Below, piece after piece: positions 17,377 through 26,422 of a stretch of 56,839 nucleotides of DNA. The number at the start of each line of letters is the position of its first letter. Within the stretch, counting starts at the first letter, position 1. Under the pieces are notes generated by a model that was given only the letters and a program-made list of their open reading frames with translations, searched no databases and had not been told where the DNA came from. The position numbers were made by a program, and so were the translations under genes. Source of the DNA: a virus (lineage: Duplodnaviria > Caudoviricetes); IMG/VR virus record IMGVR_UViG_3300034088_000014, positions 1 through 56,839 of that record. The stretch is one strand, 5' to 3'.

Positions 17377-17789
17377 GCTGTCTCCTTGAGTAGCGTCATG
17401 GCGTCCATCAGCAGATCGGCCTGAGTGATGCCGTATCGCCTAACGAAGCCTTTTGTTCCCAGCCCGTGAACGCCGGTCGCGCCCCTGTGGTGCTCGGCGC
17501 ACAACGGAATGAGGGTCGTGAAGTCGCCCTTGCCCCACCCGCCTGTGCGCAAGTGGTGAAGTTCAACGGGCGCCGGTTCGTGCGGGCCGTACAGACGGCG
17601 GCAGAGAACACAGCCAAGCCCCGCGAGTGCTTCCTTGTGCTCATGCTCCGCTTTGCCGCCCTGCGCTCGCTCCGTCTTCGGCGCTGGCATCGTCGTTCCG
17701 GCGTAGCTCACGGCGCGACCGATAGGCGCGATTGAGCCGGGCTCGCGGTCACGGAGCTTCGGAGCGGGAACGTAGGCGCGGCGCAACAT
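17373..17789 (-). CDS. Ref/DUF968-like recombination-enhancement HNH nuclease
   Basis: GCVLC, ELHH, IPLCAEHH and GVH Zn/HNH motifs. Confidence 0.8.
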   Translation of the reverse strand: MLRRAYVPAPKLRDREPGSIAPIGRAVSYAGTTMPAPKTERAQGGKAEHEHKEALAGLGCVLCRRLYGPHEPAPVELHHLRTGGWGKGDFTTLIPLCAEHHRGATGVHGLGTKGFVRRYGITQADLLMDAMTLLKETA

Positions 17790-17795
17790 GGCTGG

Positions 17796-18269
17796 TTAGA
17801 ACTGCGCCACCGTCACGACAACCATCTTCAGGTCGCGAATCCGGGCCGGCTCAAGGAAGATGTCGCGCCCGAACTTTTCGGCCTGCGTCTTGTCAACCGT
17901 CGCCTTGCGTACTTCGTTGTGCTTCGCCAGCAGATCGGCAATCGGCACATCAAAGAAAAGCTCTTGGTCGGTCAGGTCCGTCAGGCGCTCGTCGCCCGAA
18001 TACAAGACGCGCTTGTCCAGCGGAAGGTTCTCGTTTGCGTCGGCAATGAAGACTTTGACGATGCGGGCTGCGCTCATGGTGGTTTCCGTGGTTGGCTGGT
18101 TGTTGACGACGGGTTGTTTGATTGGCTGATCCTGCTGTACTCGCCGCAGAATCTCGCCAAACGCCTCCTGCTGCTTAAGTGCGTTTTGCGGCGGCGCCCC
18201 ACCAAACAGCAACTTGTGGTCAAGCTGACTGCTTAGGTAGGACGATGCCGTGATTGATGGAATTTCCAC
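17796..18269 (-). CDS. Hypothetical protein
   Basis: 157-aa ORF in the operon; start uncertain. Confidence 0.6.
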   Translation of the reverse strand: MEIPSITASSYLSSQLDHKLLFGGAPPQNALKQQEAFGEILRRVQQDQPIKQPVVNNQPTTETTMSAARIVKVFIADANENLPLDKRVLYSGDERLTDLTDQELFFDVPIADLLAKHNEVRKATVDKTQAEKFGRDIFLEPARIRDLKMVVVTVAQF

Positions 18270-18285
18270 GTTTCACATCTCCTGT

Positions 18286-18717
18286 TCACTCGGCAGAAGC
18301 GCTGCCGCTCGCGTACTCAAGTTCTTCCTCGTAGACCGTCACGCCCTCTTCAATCGCGGCGGCGTGCAGCCATTCAAGCCAGTCCGAAAACTCGCCCTTG
18401 CCGAACTTGCTGGTGCGCTGACCGAGCAGGATCATTCGCCCGCGAAAGTTCGCCACCCGCGCCATTTCGTCGCGGAACGCCCCGGTCAGTACGTCTTTCC
18501 ACTCTTCATCGCTAACGTACTCCATGCGCCCGTTCACGCAAAGCTGCTTTTGCTTGGCGAAGGCGTCCAGAATCGGCCATTGCGCCGCGTTCTGTTCCAG
18601 CGTGCGGGTAGGCTCCCCGATGCTGACGACGTAGCCTTCCGGGGCCGTTTTGACGGCTTCCTGAGCCCTTTGCCGGGACGGGTGCGGGGCGGGTTGCAGG
18701 ACGAAGGTTTGCCTCAC
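18286..18717 (-). CDS. ninB: NinB (Orf) recombination protein
   Basis: RTLEQNA, EEWKDVLT and LGQRTSKF motifs. Confidence 0.88.
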   Translation of the reverse strand: MRQTFVLQPAPHPSRQRAQEAVKTAPEGYVVSIGEPTRTLEQNAAQWPILDAFAKQKQLCVNGRMEYVSDEEWKDVLTGAFRDEMARVANFRGRMILLGQRTSKFGKGEFSDWLEWLHAAAIEEGVTVYEEELEYASGSASAE

Positions 18718-18896
18718 AGCGCCCCCGATCCCTCAAGCGCCACCCGGAACAGCGGCAGTTCGCGCAGGGCAACGGCTTTGCGCAAGTCGCCGCGAGCAAG
18801 GTCAAGCGCAAGCGCAGCCTTCGCCTCTGCTTCGGTCGGGACAGGGCCAGGACCGGCGTTGTAGCGGGGCGGGATGGGGTGGATGGTGTCGGTCAC
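18714..18896 (-). CDS. Small hypothetical protein
   Basis: GTGA overlaps at both ends. Confidence 0.45.
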   Translation of the reverse strand: MTDTIHPIPPRYNAGPGPVPTEAEAKAALALDLARGDLRKAVALRELPLFRVALEGSGAL

Positions 18897-19081
18897 AGCC
18901 ACATCCCCCAGAAGCTGTCCCACAGCCGCGCCATCCTGTCCCACAGGCTCTGCGGGGTGGGCTCCCACGGCTTGACCGGGGGAAGCGGCCAGGGGTCGGT
19001 CGTGACAACCTCGCCGGGGTCGTATAGCGATGGCGGCTCTAGGCGAAACTCCATCGCGGCCTTGTGTGATTCGGCGGTCAT
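18893..19081 (-). CDS. Small Pro/Trp-rich hypothetical protein
   Basis: ATGA overlap with the upstream gene. Confidence 0.5.
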   Translation of the reverse strand: MTAESHKAAMEFRLEPPSLYDPGEVVTTDPWPLPPVKPWEPTPQSLWDRMARLWDSFWGMWL

Positions 19082-19464
19082 GCGGCCTTCCTTTCGCTGT
19101 AGACGCCATATAAGCGCGCCCATTTGTCCCGGATCGCGTCCATCGCCTCGGTCCAGTCAACGTCCCGGTACGTTCCGTTTGACGCCACCAGCGCCCGCCA
19201 CGGCTTGCGGTTTTGCTTGTAGAAACACAGCGGCTCCTGTTGCACCTTGTCGGCCTGCGCCACGGTCTGACGCCACCAAGCAGGCTTTGCGAGGATTTCC
19301 CTGCGCTTGATTTCGATGGCGTAGCCGGGGAGCAGCAGGCAGTCAGCGCCGCCCGTGTAGGCTTGGTCGCGGTTGCGCTCGACCTTCACGCCGAGTTCTG
19401 CGGTCAAGAGCTTGCACAGCGCCACTTCGGCCCTGCGGCCCTTCTCGCGGCTGTTGATGGTCAT
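19078..19464 (-). CDS. Holliday junction resolvase (Hjc-like PD-(D/E)XK)
   Basis: SREKGRRAE, GADC, AIEIKR and WWRQ motifs. Confidence 0.8.
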   Translation of the reverse strand: MTINSREKGRRAEVALCKLLTAELGVKVERNRDQAYTGGADCLLLPGYAIEIKRREILAKPAWWRQTVAQADKVQQEPLCFYKQNRKPWRALVASNGTYRDVDWTEAMDAIRDKWARLYGVYSERKAA

Positions 19465-19670
19465 TCGTCGCCCTCCACCGGAATACGGTTCTCGCAAGGC
19501 ATCCGCTCAGGCGGCACCATCCAGACCACATCAGCGCCAGCCATGTAGTCCCGAATCCCCTCGCTGCGGCGGGCGCACTCCTGGCATTCGGCCGACAGGC
19601 AAGCAAAGTCCATCGTCGGCGGGATGTATATATCTCCGGGGCAGCGGGCAATGTCTTTCGGCAGGCTCAC
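19461..19670 (-). CDS. Small Cys-rich protein
   Basis: DIARCPG and CQECARR; overlapping start/stop codons. Confidence 0.5.
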   Translation of the reverse strand: MSLPKDIARCPGDIYIPPTMDFACLSAECQECARRSEGIRDYMAGADVVWMVPPERMPCENRIPVEGDE

Positions 19671-19843
19671 AGTTCCGTCCTCCTGTACACACACGGCCGG
19701 CTAGGCAGTTCAACGACAACAACCCAACGGTCGTGCGGCTTGTCTGAGCGCAGCAGGCAATCTAGGCACTCAGGGTCGTTGCGATGGCCGGGGCAGGAGA
19801 GGTGGGGCTCGGGTTGGGGCTGGGGCTTGGGCTCGGTTGTCAT
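19667..19843 (-). CDS. Small Cys-rich protein
   Basis: CPG and CLDCLLR, similar to its neighbour; ATGA overlap. Confidence 0.5.
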   Translation of the reverse strand: MTTEPKPQPQPEPHLSCPGHRNDPECLDCLLRSDKPHDRWVVVVELPSRPCVYRRTEL

Positions 19844-20574
19844 GCAGCCTCCGTCAAGATGCGCCATGCTGTTGCTGCCACAACTGGAACTTGTCCATTC
19901 CCAATGGCGCTAATTCGGTCCACGTATGCGGCCACCCCATTGCGTACTCCGCAAACGAGGGGTGCAGGTAGATCGGATCGGTCGCGCAAGTCCTCAATCC
20001 CTCGGACATCTTTGCTCCACGGAACTGCGGGCTTCCGCGATAGCGCAACTTCCCCGCCCCCTTGAACTCGTTTTTGCCGATGGTCGGTAGCCACGATCCA
20101 GATTCGCTCTCTGAGGTGCCAGGCCCCGACTTCTGCCGCAGATAGCACCTCCCATTCCGCATCGAACCCGAGCGCGGCCAGGTCTCCGAGAACTCTTCCC
20201 AGCCCCCGACAAGTGAGCGCTGGCGAGTTCTCCACGTAGACGTATCGGGGTCGTACCTCGTCCACCACGCGGACCATTTCCCGCCACATTCCGCTGCGCT
20301 CTCCGTCGATCCCGGCACCACGGCCGGCGACGGATACGTCTTGACAGGGAAAGCCGCCCGAAACAACGTCAACAATTCCTCGCCACGGCTTGCCGTCAAA
20401 TGTCCTAACGTCATCCCATATCGGGAAAGGCGGGAGAACGCCGTCGTTTTGTCGGGCGACAAGTACGCCTGCGGCGTAGGGCTCCCACTCGACAGCGCAG
20501 ACGGTTCGCCATCCGAGCAACTTGCCGCCGAGAATCCCACCACCAGCGCCTGCGAAAAGAGCCAGCTCATTCAC
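19840..20574 (-). CDS. DNA (cytosine-5) methyltransferase, main polypeptide
   Basis: Motif I LFAGAGG, IV GFPCQD, VI VENS, VIII HLRERIW and X AIGNG; motif IX is absent from this frame. Confidence 0.9.
   Translation of the reverse strand: MNELALFAGAGGGILGGKLLGWRTVCAVEWEPYAAGVLVARQNDGVLPPFPIWDDVRTFDGKPWRGIVDVVSGGFPCQDVSVAGRGAGIDGERSGMWREMVRVVDEVRPRYVYVENSPALTCRGLGRVLGDLAALGFDAEWEVLSAAEVGAWHLRERIWIVATDHRQKRVQGGGEVALSRKPAVPWSKDVRGIEDLRDRSDLPAPLVCGVRNGVAAYVDRISAIGNGQVPVVAATAWRILTEAA
19854..20570 (-). CDS. Overlapping-frame second methyltransferase polypeptide (motif IX-bearing)
   Basis: 238-aa ORF nested in another frame, ending WLPT-LHPSFAEYAMGWPHTWT; true start uncertain. Confidence 0.6.
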   Translation of the reverse strand: MSWLFSQALVVGFSAASCSDGEPSALSSGSPTPQAYLSPDKTTAFSRLSRYGMTLGHLTASRGEELLTLFRAAFPVKTYPSPAVVPGSTESAAECGGKWSAWWTRYDPDTSTWRTRQRSLVGGWEEFSETWPRSGSMRNGRCYLRQKSGPGTSESESGSWLPTIGKNEFKGAGKLRYRGSPQFRGAKMSEGLRTCATDPIYLHPSFAEYAMGWPHTWTELAPLGMDKFQLWQQQHGAS

Positions 20575-20777
20575 TTCTTCTCCTTCGGCCGCCAGCTCGG
20601 GCAGTAGCCGGGCGGGATGGTGAAAGCGTTGGAGTAGTCCGGCTTCTTGCCGGCCGTGATGCCGTTCTCTTGCGCGTAAACGACGGTTGCGCCCCACTCG
20701 GCAAACTCGTCCAGCATGGATGTAGTCACGGGCATTGCGGCACGGCGGGCAGCGCGGCGGGCTTCGGTGTCGGTCAT
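20571..20777 (-). CDS. Hypothetical protein
   Basis: 68 aa, translationally coupled on both sides. Confidence 0.6.
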   Translation of the reverse strand: MTDTEARRAARRAAMPVTTSMLDEFAEWGATVVYAQENGITAGKKPDYSNAFTIPPGYCPSWRPKEKK

Positions 20778-22555
20778 TGCGTCACCTCCACAGGCTGGCC
20801 GCTGAACTCGACGTAACGCACGGGCCGGCGTCGGCTGGATGTGGCGTATTGCTGCGCGGCGCGGTTGAACCACAGGCTTACGGTCTTGTGCTGCACTTCG
20901 CCGTTGCGCTGCTTCCAGAGTTCAATCTTTGCGTCGGGGTCGTCCGTCAGTGGCTCGGATTCGTCACGCAATGCGGACCAGACGGAGAACACGTTGTCAG
21001 CGCCGTCCGTGATCTTCCCGGCGCCGGCTACGTCCATCTTTCCGGGGGCGCTGCTTTCGTCCCGGCCCTTGCGGGGGTGCGCGACCAGATGCACATGGCA
21101 GTGCAGGCGCTTGGCGAAGTTGCACAGCTTTTGAATCGCCTTCTTCTGCTCAGTCAGCGCGCCGGGGCCGTCCTCTGGTACGTCGGTCATCATCAGCGAG
21201 TCAACGACGAAGTGCTTGATCCCGTACCGCTTCGCGCCGTACTCGAACACCTCAAGCAACCGGTCCAGCGTTGCGCTACCAACCACGTTGAAAACCCATG
21301 TCCGGTCGCGCAGGTAGGCGTCTACCGCGTCCAAATAGGCGGCAGTCGGGCGGTCCAGCCCCGTCGCCTGCTTGGACATGCGTTTGAGTTGTCGCTCCGG
21401 CGGCATCTCGCCGGAGAACACGCAGAACCGCTCACCCTGTTGCAGCAGGCCGAGTTGCACCTGAGACAGCGCAAGGCTCTTGCCGTGGCCGTTGTATCCG
21501 GTCCAGACCGTCACCTCGCCGTCGCGGAACTCGAACCAGGGCAGGTCTTGATCCAGCCGCAGCACCGGGTCTTTCCGCTGGCCGGGAACCGGGTAGAACA
21601 GCGCCTTGACCTGTCCCATGAAGTCGGACAGCCGGCGAAGCTCTGGCGGGTCGTCAGGCTTGGCGTCCTTGGCCGCGTTCTGGAAGTCCTCGCCCCCGGC
21701 CCCATCCATGAGCCACTGGTTCGCGTCCTTGGCGGGAAACTTCAGGCGCTTGCACCGCTCCATGCCAAGCCGGGCGATAACCTCGCGCGCTCCCTTTTCC
21801 CCGGATTCGTCGGAGTCAAAGGCAACGAGGATTTCCGAGAACCGCTCAAGCCGCTCCCAGTCGGACTCGATCCACTGGTGATTCCCCGCGCCGGCATTCA
21901 CGGACAGCGCCGGGATTCCGGCCTGCCAGAGCGTCATCGCGTCAATCTCGCCCTCGGTGATCGCCACCGTCCGGGCGCGCGGCTCGATCAGGTGCCAGCC
22001 GAACAGGCAGGGTTCGGCCCCGCCCTCCTGCCGCATGTCCTTTTTTTCGTCGGTGTTGCGGTACTTGACGTTCACCAGCTCGCCGTCGCGCAGGTACGGG
22101 AACACCGCGTACACCTTGCCGTCGCGCAGTTGCTCGCCCACCTTGAAGGCGGCAATCGTGCGGTCCTCGATCCCCCGGCTGGCGAGCCATTCGCGGACAC
22201 GGTTTTTCGGCGTCTGACATTGCGGCTTGGCCGGGCGCTTGTAGGTCTTTTCCTCGCGCGGCTGGCGGTCGTCACGGATGCCGAGGTGGTCCTTTGCCTC
22301 CCGGATCGCCTCGCCCAGCGCTAGGCCGCGAGTGGCGCACCACAAATCCAGTAAATCGCCGCCCTCGCCCTTCTGGAAGTCCATCCACACGCCGGCCTTG
22401 TTGCCGGTCAGGCGCACGGACAGGGACTGCCCCGGCTCGCCGTCAGTGCTGCCCGCCTTCCACTCCGGCCCCTTGCGCTCGCCGTTGGGCAGCAGGTAGG
22501 CGCAAATGCCCTCGGCATCAGCCGCGAGGCGTTGGGAGAGTTCACCAGCGTTCAT
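20774..22555 (-). CDS. Primase-helicase (Toprim + DnaB/Twinkle-like SF4 helicase)
   Basis: ITEGEIDAM and FDSD Toprim motifs; GYNGHGKS Walker A, VVDSL and LVAHPRK. Confidence 0.92.
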   Translation of the reverse strand: MNAGELSQRLAADAEGICAYLLPNGERKGPEWKAGSTDGEPGQSLSVRLTGNKAGVWMDFQKGEGGDLLDLWCATRGLALGEAIREAKDHLGIRDDRQPREEKTYKRPAKPQCQTPKNRVREWLASRGIEDRTIAAFKVGEQLRDGKVYAVFPYLRDGELVNVKYRNTDEKKDMRQEGGAEPCLFGWHLIEPRARTVAITEGEIDAMTLWQAGIPALSVNAGAGNHQWIESDWERLERFSEILVAFDSDESGEKGAREVIARLGMERCKRLKFPAKDANQWLMDGAGGEDFQNAAKDAKPDDPPELRRLSDFMGQVKALFYPVPGQRKDPVLRLDQDLPWFEFRDGEVTVWTGYNGHGKSLALSQVQLGLLQQGERFCVFSGEMPPERQLKRMSKQATGLDRPTAAYLDAVDAYLRDRTWVFNVVGSATLDRLLEVFEYGAKRYGIKHFVVDSLMMTDVPEDGPGALTEQKKAIQKLCNFAKRLHCHVHLVAHPRKGRDESSAPGKMDVAGAGKITDGADNVFSVWSALRDESEPLTDDPDAKIELWKQRNGEVQHKTVSLWFNRAAQQYATSSRRRPVRYVEFSGQPVEVTQ

Positions 22556-23280
22556 GCGGCCTCCTGACGCTTGCCGTCGCGGAACTGCCCGGCGTTGTGC
22601 TCGTAGCAGCCAGCGTTTCCGGCTTCGTAGACGTTCAGGAAGCCAGCGGCCTTGCACCATGCCGGGCACTTGTCGCCCTCGGTTTCTTCGGTGCCCTCCC
22701 ACTTGCGCTGGTTCAGGTAGACCAGCGGGGCCGGGATGAACTCGCCGCCGTTCTTCTTCCAGCCGGCGCTTGCCTTCAGGCGTTCGATGTGGGCAACGAT
22801 GCGGTCGGCGTGCGGCTCTGCTCCTGCCCTCACCCAAACCTCACGGCACTTGCCCTTGGCTTCCTTGCGGTCGGACTTGGGCCATGCGTCCCAAAAGACG
22901 GCGAAGCCGGGATAGATATCTGCCTCTTCTCTACTCTTCTCTGTCTCTGGCCTAGCAGCGCGCCTCGGTTTTGCTAGCGGCTTGCTAGCGGGTTGCTTGC
23001 ACTCAGAAAAAAACTCGTTATCCATCAACGGCTTAAGCGCGTCGGAAATCTCTTGCTCCGTCGTGCGAAGGCGAAACGCGAGTTTTTTCGGGTCTGCGTC
23101 GATCTCGCCTTTTTCGTGTTCACTTGCAAGCAGCCAAAGCATTGGTGCTAGCGCCCTGCTAGCAACAGGCAAGCACTGGAACTCGTAGTTATCGAGCAGC
23201 TTCTTGTGCAGCTTGATCCAAGGCGGGGACCGGTCCTTGTAGTGCTGAAGATCGGCCCAGTTGTTCGGCTGGATTACCAC
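22552..23280 (-). CDS. Replication initiator protein (lambda O-like position)
   Basis: NWADLQHYKDRSPPWIKLH N-terminus, FWDAWP and YLNQRKWE C-domain; contains internal iterons. Confidence 0.8.
   Translation of the reverse strand: MVIQPNNWADLQHYKDRSPPWIKLHKKLLDNYEFQCLPVASRALAPMLWLLASEHEKGEIDADPKKLAFRLRTTEQEISDALKPLMDNEFFSECKQPASKPLAKPRRAARPETEKSREEADIYPGFAVFWDAWPKSDRKEAKGKCREVWVRAGAEPHADRIVAHIERLKASAGWKKNGGEFIPAPLVYLNQRKWEGTEETEGDKCPAWCKAAGFLNVYEAGNAGCYEHNAGQFRDGKRQEAA
22924..23163. repeat. Putative replication origin iterons inside the initiator gene
   Basis: TTGCTAGCGG at 22971 and 22982, variant at 22993, TGCTAGC at 23146 and 23157; adjacent pyrimidine tract. Confidence 0.6.
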
Positions 23281-23293
23281 TTGCGTCCTCTTG

Positions 23294-23962
23294 TTATCTT
23301 TGGGACTGGCGGCGTTCCGGCTGCGGCCGGACTGAGTACCGCATTGGCGCGGAGATTGCCTCGGCAAAAGACATCCCCTGCACGTCCATCCTGCGTCGCA
23401 GCGCGTCACTACGAAGACCAAAGCGCTCGGCCCACTCGACCAAACACATCACCACGCCGTCATGCTCAATGAGTCGGTTTTGGCGCTTGTTCCGGTTCTG
23501 TTCTTTCCGAGTTGCCCAACGACAGTTACCGGGTTCGTAGTCGCCGTCGTTGTCGATGCGCTCAATGGTGTGCAGCGGGGGGCGCTCGCCCATGTCGGAC
23601 AAGAAGTTATCGAACGACTCCCACCGCTCACAGACCTTGATCCCGCGACCTCCATAATTCTTGTATGAGCGAGCGTCAGGCTTTGTGCAGCGCTCCCACA
23701 TGCCGCGCCATACCGCGTAGATAGCGGTCTTGCTTTTCCCGTGGGTGCGCCCAGCAGCACCCATCCAAGAAAACGTGGCGCAGCCACATGACTTGACCTC
23801 GCCCCCAATCAGGTGCTTGGAGGTGGCGTAATGCGTATTCCCGCAGTCACACACACATTCCCACTTGCCACTACGCCAGTCCGGCAATCTGACCCACCTA
23901 ACCACGGAAAGAAGGCCAAACTTCTGACCAGCCAGTTTGTGTCGCGGAGGCATGTTTTTCAT
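23294..23962 (-). CDS. HNH homing endonuclease
   Basis: CVCDCG, YGGRGIKVCERW and ERIDNDGDYEPGNCRWAT. Confidence 0.85.
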   Translation of the reverse strand: MKNMPPRHKLAGQKFGLLSVVRWVRLPDWRSGKWECVCDCGNTHYATSKHLIGGEVKSCGCATFSWMGAAGRTHGKSKTAIYAVWRGMWERCTKPDARSYKNYGGRGIKVCERWESFDNFLSDMGERPPLHTIERIDNDGDYEPGNCRWATRKEQNRNKRQNRLIEHDGVVMCLVEWAERFGLRSDALRRRMDVQGMSFAEAISAPMRYSVRPQPERRQSQR

Positions 23963-24321
23963 TCGCTCTCTGCCTTGCCGAGCCCGAGCGCCGCCTCTCT
24001 GGCGCTAATAAACTCCGCGCTCCTGCCCACGATCAGCCGGTTCTGCAGCATCAGCGCGCGATCTGCGTCACCGCGAGCGGCAAAGCAGCCAGTGGCTTCC
24101 CAAAGTGCCCAGTGCTTGAGGAACAGCCGTCCGGCGAGCTGGATCGCCTCTTCGCGGCTGGCATCGGTGAGTGGCTCGGAGCGGCGCTGTAGGTCAGCGC
24201 CTACGTCTGAAACATCGGATACCTGACGACACTCCGGCTGAGCGCTCGGCAGGATTGCATCGGGGGATTCCGTGCGGTGAGCGAGGGAAGAGTCGAAAAA
24301 AACGCGATGAGCGAGGTTCAC
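23959..24321 (-). CDS. Hypothetical protein
   Basis: GTG start overlapping the upstream stop. Confidence 0.5.
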   Translation of the reverse strand: MNLAHRVFFDSSLAHRTESPDAILPSAQPECRQVSDVSDVGADLQRRSEPLTDASREEAIQLAGRLFLKHWALWEATGCFAARGDADRALMLQNRLIVGRSAEFISAREAALGLGKAESE

Positions 24322-24452
24322 GGGGCGACCCTTTCGCAGGACTGAGCGGAGGCAATCGCGCGAGCGCGAAGCTTGTCGAAAACGTCCGGCTCGCCCGAGA
24401 AGAAGAACGAGAGAACGGCAAGGCCGACGATTCCCCAAACGATGTCGCTCAT
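24318..24452 (-). CDS. Small membrane protein
   Basis: MSDIVWGIVGLAVLSFFFSGEPDVFD (44 aa), GGAGG RBS; not in the ORF track. Confidence 0.6.
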   Translation of the reverse strand: MSDIVWGIVGLAVLSFFFSGEPDVFDKLRARAIASAQSCERVAP

Positions 24453-24829
24453 GCGGCCTCCCACCTGTCGCGCATCCGATCAAGTACGTCAGCCGGAACG
24501 CCGTGAATGCTCCCCCACTGGCCGGACATGACAACAATGTGCGTTTGCACACCGAGCCTCTTAGCGACGGCCTTGTACGGCTCCATCTCCCACAAGCGCG
24601 TGAAGGTGTTTGAAACGACAACACTCTTTCCGCTCTCAAGTGCAGCAGTCGCCATGTCAAGGCACCATCCGTGCGCCTCTGCGACCCGCTCCGGGTCGAA
24701 TTTGTATTGGCCGTCAACCATGTGGACCATGTCGGCCTCGTAGTGCTGGAATCCAGTCAAGGCGAGCGCTTGCGCGAAAGTGCTTTTCCCGCTGCCGGGA
24801 AGACCACGGACAAGGACAAGACAGTTCAT
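24449..24829 (-). CDS. P-loop kinase (AAA_33 / polynucleotide kinase-like)
   Basis: LVRGLPGSGKST, VVVSNTF and HGVP motifs. Confidence 0.85.
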   Translation of the reverse strand: MNCLVLVRGLPGSGKSTFAQALALTGFQHYEADMVHMVDGQYKFDPERVAEAHGWCLDMATAALESGKSVVVSNTFTRLWEMEPYKAVAKRLGVQTHIVVMSGQWGSIHGVPADVLDRMRDRWEAA

Positions 24830-25284
24830 GCGGCCTCCGTCACGCGGCCAGTCAGCAGCCGCTTCATCAGCGCGTTCTCTTTCTCCGCTTCGATCCGGCG
24901 CAGGCGTTCCGCCTCAAGCTGGCGCTCTGCCTCGCTCTTGATCTGCACCAGCGTGCAACCGAGTTGGTAGGCCATCCACTCGGCGTAGATGCGATTGCCT
25001 ACGAGGTCGCAGAACCCCTGCACCAGATCGGCCTGAAGCGTCGCCTCCCCCTTCTTGATGCGCGAGAAGTACCCGGCGTCGATGCCGAGCCCGCCATAGA
25101 TTTCCTTGTCTTCCAACCCTGACGACTGGCAAGCTAGGGAGAAAGCGGCGGCAGCGGTCCTCTGACGGCGGATCATTTCCACCGGCACATCGTTGGGCTC
25201 AGCGCGGCGCGCAAGGGTCAGCTCGCCTTGTCCGTCAACCCGCAGGGAATCTTTTGACGCCACTTGACTACCCCCTTCGCTCAA
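24826..25284 (-). CDS. CII-like HTH regulator
   Basis: HTH (DKEIYGGLGIDAGYFSRIKKG) plus coiled coil; downstream of cro. Confidence 0.65.
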   Translation of the reverse strand: MSEGGSQVASKDSLRVDGQGELTLARRAEPNDVPVEMIRRQRTAAAAFSLACQSSGLEDKEIYGGLGIDAGYFSRIKKGEATLQADLVQGFCDLVGNRIYAEWMAYQLGCTLVQIKSEAERQLEAERLRRIEAEKENALMKRLLTGRVTEAA

Positions 25285-25467
25285 AAAAAACGACCATTCG
25301 TCACATGACGAACAGCCAACACGTAGAAAAGCCCGCCGCCCTCTCGGACAGCGGGCAAAGCGCCTGCGAAGGCGTCCCTGAGGAGAAACTGGTTGCCATC
25401 GCCGTTGCGGTGCTGCTTGGCACGGCAGGCGTGGCGCTGGTGTTGATGGTGTGGGAGTGAGGGCATG

Positions 25468-26115
25468 TCAGGCAGCCCTCGACGCCAGCAGAGCCTTGAA
25501 CTCAAGGTCTGTCTTGTCGCGTTTGGCGTGATTGCATGGAGCGCAGGCGGCAACAAGGTTCTCCTGTTCGCTGCCGCCGAACAGGGCGCGCGGGAACTTG
25601 TGTTCGATGTGCCAGCGGCCGTCCAGCGTCAGGACGGTGCCGCAGTAATGGCACTTGCCTTCGGAAGCCTCGAAGACGGCCTTGGCGCGCTTGGTGATCT
25701 TGCGCGGCTTCTTTTGGCCCCTGGCCCTGGCAATTACCTCTGTAGCCTCCTGAGCGGCCTTGGCTTCAATCGCCAGTCGCTGGGCGTCAAGCATCTCGGC
25801 CAGCACATCTGCGCCAATAAGGTTGACCGTCTCCCTTGCGTCTTTAAGGGCGTAAACCAGGTCATACCCCCAACCGACGACAAGCTTGGTGCTCACGTCA
25901 AAAACAAGGAAGCGGTACTCAGGCGGCCCGTAAACCCCATTTGGAAGGTGCCCGGGATACCAGCAAACGCGGTACTCGCGGCCTGCGAAGTGAGGGGCGA
26001 TGACCTGTTTCGAGAACCGCTCTTCTTGCCCAAGGTCATATGCGAAACGGCTCGTGGATTCCTCGATATCCTTAACCGCCTCCCACTGGGCGCGGGTCAG
26101 CAAGCGACCATGCAT
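25468..26115 (-). CDS. HNH endonuclease with N-terminal extension
   Basis: CHYCG, IEHKFP, NLVAACAPCN and K motifs. Confidence 0.8.
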   Translation of the reverse strand: MHGRLLTRAQWEAVKDIEESTSRFAYDLGQEERFSKQVIAPHFAGREYRVCWYPGHLPNGVYGPPEYRFLVFDVSTKLVVGWGYDLVYALKDARETVNLIGADVLAEMLDAQRLAIEAKAAQEATEVIARARGQKKPRKITKRAKAVFEASEGKCHYCGTVLTLDGRWHIEHKFPRALFGGSEQENLVAACAPCNHAKRDKTDLEFKALLASRAA

Positions 26116-26346
26116 TTACGCGGCCCTCGCCTTCGCGCAGTTCTTGCGCCGCTCCACGAACACATCGGGGCGAATCGCCTTGAGATACATCAGACGGGCG
26201 TCTGGAATCTTTCGCGGCTGGCCGGCCCTCTCGTGGCCCTTCGGATAGACGCCCATCCACTGCGATACGGCCTGCGGCGTGGTGTCGCAAAGCTGTGCTA
26301 CTGCGACAGTCCCACCGAGGCGCGCAATGATGTCGTCTGATGTCAT
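26116..26346 (-). CDS. cro: Cro-like repressor
   Basis: IIARLGGTVAVAQLCDTTPQAVSQW; divergent from cI. Confidence 0.85.
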   Translation of the reverse strand: MTSDDIIARLGGTVAVAQLCDTTPQAVSQWMGVYPKGHERAGQPRKIPDARLMYLKAIRPDVFVERRKNCAKARAA

Positions 26347-26356
26347 GTTGCCAACC

Positions 26357-26397
26357 ATTTTAAAGCATACTTTCACGCCGTCAACCACCATACTTGT
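26357..26397 (-). promoter_or_regulatory. pR promoter and right operators
   Basis: TTGACG-N16-TAAAAT; operator TAAAGCATACTTTCA at 26361-26375 and related site CACCATACTTGT at 26386-26397. Confidence 0.7.
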
Positions 26398-26422
26398 CCG
26401 GCGACTACCTACTCTGGTAGGT

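Noticed and set aside
24449-24829. Kinase plus phosphatase plus tRNAs as an RNA repair system
   Set aside because: No RNA ligase is recognisable and the genes are not clustered.
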